From: Azolla caroliniana
Lineage: Eukaryota > Plantae > Polypodiophyta
Direction: 5' to 3'
DNA length: 64,000 nucleotides
Assembly (NCBI GenBank): GCA_043228905.1
Contig: JBHGNT010000008.1
Coordinates: 11,966,001-12,030,000 of the forward strand
The number at the start of each line of letters is the position of its first letter. Position 1 is the stretch's first letter. This document shows, piece after piece, positions 62,301-64,000 of this stretch. The notes under the pieces are model-generated. The model saw nothing but the letters and a program-made list of their open reading frames with translations, made no database searches and was not told the origin of the DNA. A program made the translations under genes and the position numbers.

Positions 62301-64000
62301 GCAAAATTGGCGGAAAAATATGATCACCTTCCGGCGCGGAAAAGCCAAGGTCCGGGTTCCGACACAACCACGGACGAGCAACGGTAAGGAATGCACACCG
62401 CTGTACGCGGAATGTGTGAACATGCTTGAAGGATTGGCAGACGACGAAGAAGCCCAGTACTTGGAGGAACATCCGAAGATCGTACCACTCTTCGAGATCG
62501 ACATAGCTGAAGCCGTAGCCGCATACTTGCCGCAGCGGGACGACACCGAAGCCGAACCAGACAAAGATGCGATTCGGGAATTACGGCAAGCACAGGAAGC
62601 GTTGGAACGGGAAATGGCCGTTTCCCAACGGGTAAAAGCATCCCAGCTCGACGAAGTAAACCTAGGAAGCAAGGACGAATCAAAGCCGGTACACATCGCC
62701 AAAGAAATGAAGCCGGAAGATAAAGCGGCGATGATCAAACTTCTCACGGAGTTTCGCGACGTATTTGCCTGGTCATACGAAGACATGCGAGGGCTGGACC
62801 CTCAATTATATCAGCATCAGATCCACTTAGGCAAGGACGCGAAACCAGTGGCGCAACGACGATACCGAATGAACCCCAACTACGCCGCCAAAGTAAAAGA
62901 GGAAATCGATAAACTCCTAAGAGTGGGCTTCATCCGGCCGGTAAAGAAAGCGACGTGGCTGAGCCCCATCGTCGTCGTCCCCAAGAAGAACGGTAAAATC
63001 CGTGTGTGTGTAGATTACAGGAAACTAAATGCCGCCACAATTACGGATGCATTCCCTCTTCCGTTCACGGATGGAGTACTGGATGCCGTCGCCGGTCATG
63101 AAGTTTATAGCTTTCTAGACGGGTTCAGCGGGTACAATCAAATCCGGATGCACCCGGACGACCAGGAGAAGACAGCGTTCGTCACCGAATGGGGGGTGTT
63201 TGTGGCCGAAGTCATGATGTTCGGCCTAAAAACGGCACCAGCAACTTTCCAGCGAATCATCATGGAGATCTTCGGAGAATACATCCCTGCCTTCATGCAA
63301 GTTTTCCTGGATGATTTTGCAGTCTATAGCCGGGGAAAAGACCATTTGCAGCACCTACGGTTATGCCTTGAAAAGTGTAGGTTATACCGGCTAAGCTTAA
63401 ATCCAGCAAAATGCATCTTCGGGGTCTCAAGTGGAATATTGCTGGGACACATTGTAAGTAAGGAGGGCATTGCGGTCGACCCGGACAAAGTAAACGCCAT
63501 ACTAGGGGCACCGGCGCCGAAAACGGCCAAAGCACTAAGCCGATTCTTAGGACAGATCCGGTGGCACAGCCGGATGCTCCGTCACTTGGCTGACTTGGCT
63601 ACACCATTACACACCGCGGTACATCGGACACCGTTCCAATGGACGGATACGGAGGATAAGGCATACAATGCCCTGAAGGTACTTTTATCGCAAGCACCCG
63701 TCGTGCAGCCTCCGGATTGGAGCAAGGAATTTCACGTGTTCGTGGACGCGTCCGACATCGCTATTGGCAGCGCCTTAATGCAGCTTACGGAGCCCAAATG
63801 GTACCGGCCGATATATTACGCCAGCCGGAAGCTGTCCCAAGCGGAGAAGAACTATTCAACGACGGAACGGGAGGCCCTCGGCATGATCTACAGTGTCACA
63901 AAGTTTCGGCACTACCTATTGGGAAGGAAGTTCTCCTTTCATGTGGATCACTCGGCGCTTCTGTACTTAGTGTCCAAGGCGTCCCTGACCGGTAAGTTGG
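59351..64000 (+). mobile_element. Ty3/gypsy (non-chromovirus, Tat-like) element, 5' LTR 59351-59760, PBS, gag-pol running off window
   Basis: LTR TGTTA...TAACA; PBS TGGCGACCACGATTCC at 59767 (tRNA-Arg type). Confidence 0.95.
59812..64000 (+). CDS. gag-pol polyprotein (gag, CCHC knuckles, protease, RT, RNase H), one in-frame TAA at 61837-61839, 3' incomplete
   Basis: 675-aa gag with CTICLNAGHSAVEC, CVICQSKSHTTDRC, CYYCRQEGHYSNQC; same frame continues after stop: VIDGGSGVN (PR), RVCVDYRKLN, FLDGFSGYNQI, FLDDF (RT), FHVFVDASDIAIG (RNase H). Confidence 0.92.

Overview
Eukaryotic, non-bacterial DNA. It is a land-plant genomic region, probably from a seed-free plant such as a fern (inferred from the 18S-type fragment and the retroelement lineages). 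About 80% is a stack of nested LTR retrotransposons. These are four Ty1/copia copies (three full-length with LTR pairs, tRNA-Met PBS, PPT and TSDs), several non-chromovirus Ty3/gypsy (Tat-like) pieces including one near-intact gag-pol running off the right end, a chromodomain gypsy fragment, a CACTA-like relic with a RING-H2-like exon, and older decayed copia and LINE fragments. One host gene is present: a 9-exon REVEILLE/LCL (CCA1-like MYB) clock transcription factor on the minus strand (48929-45212). The most unusual objects are two related non-autonomous LTR elements (4926-8268 and 55592-58708). Both lack a polypurine tract and instead carry tRNA-Arg-type primer-binding sequences at BOTH inner LTR edges in opposite orientation. 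They share a conserved LTR hairpin, and one carries sense-oriented captured cellular RNA fragments (18S rRNA, MSBP mRNA). Other oddities are tRNA-like Pol III A/B-box modules inside LTRs of three unrelated families, and a conserved hairpin that loops out the PPT in all four copia copies. All calls are by eye from the sequence; no database searches were run.
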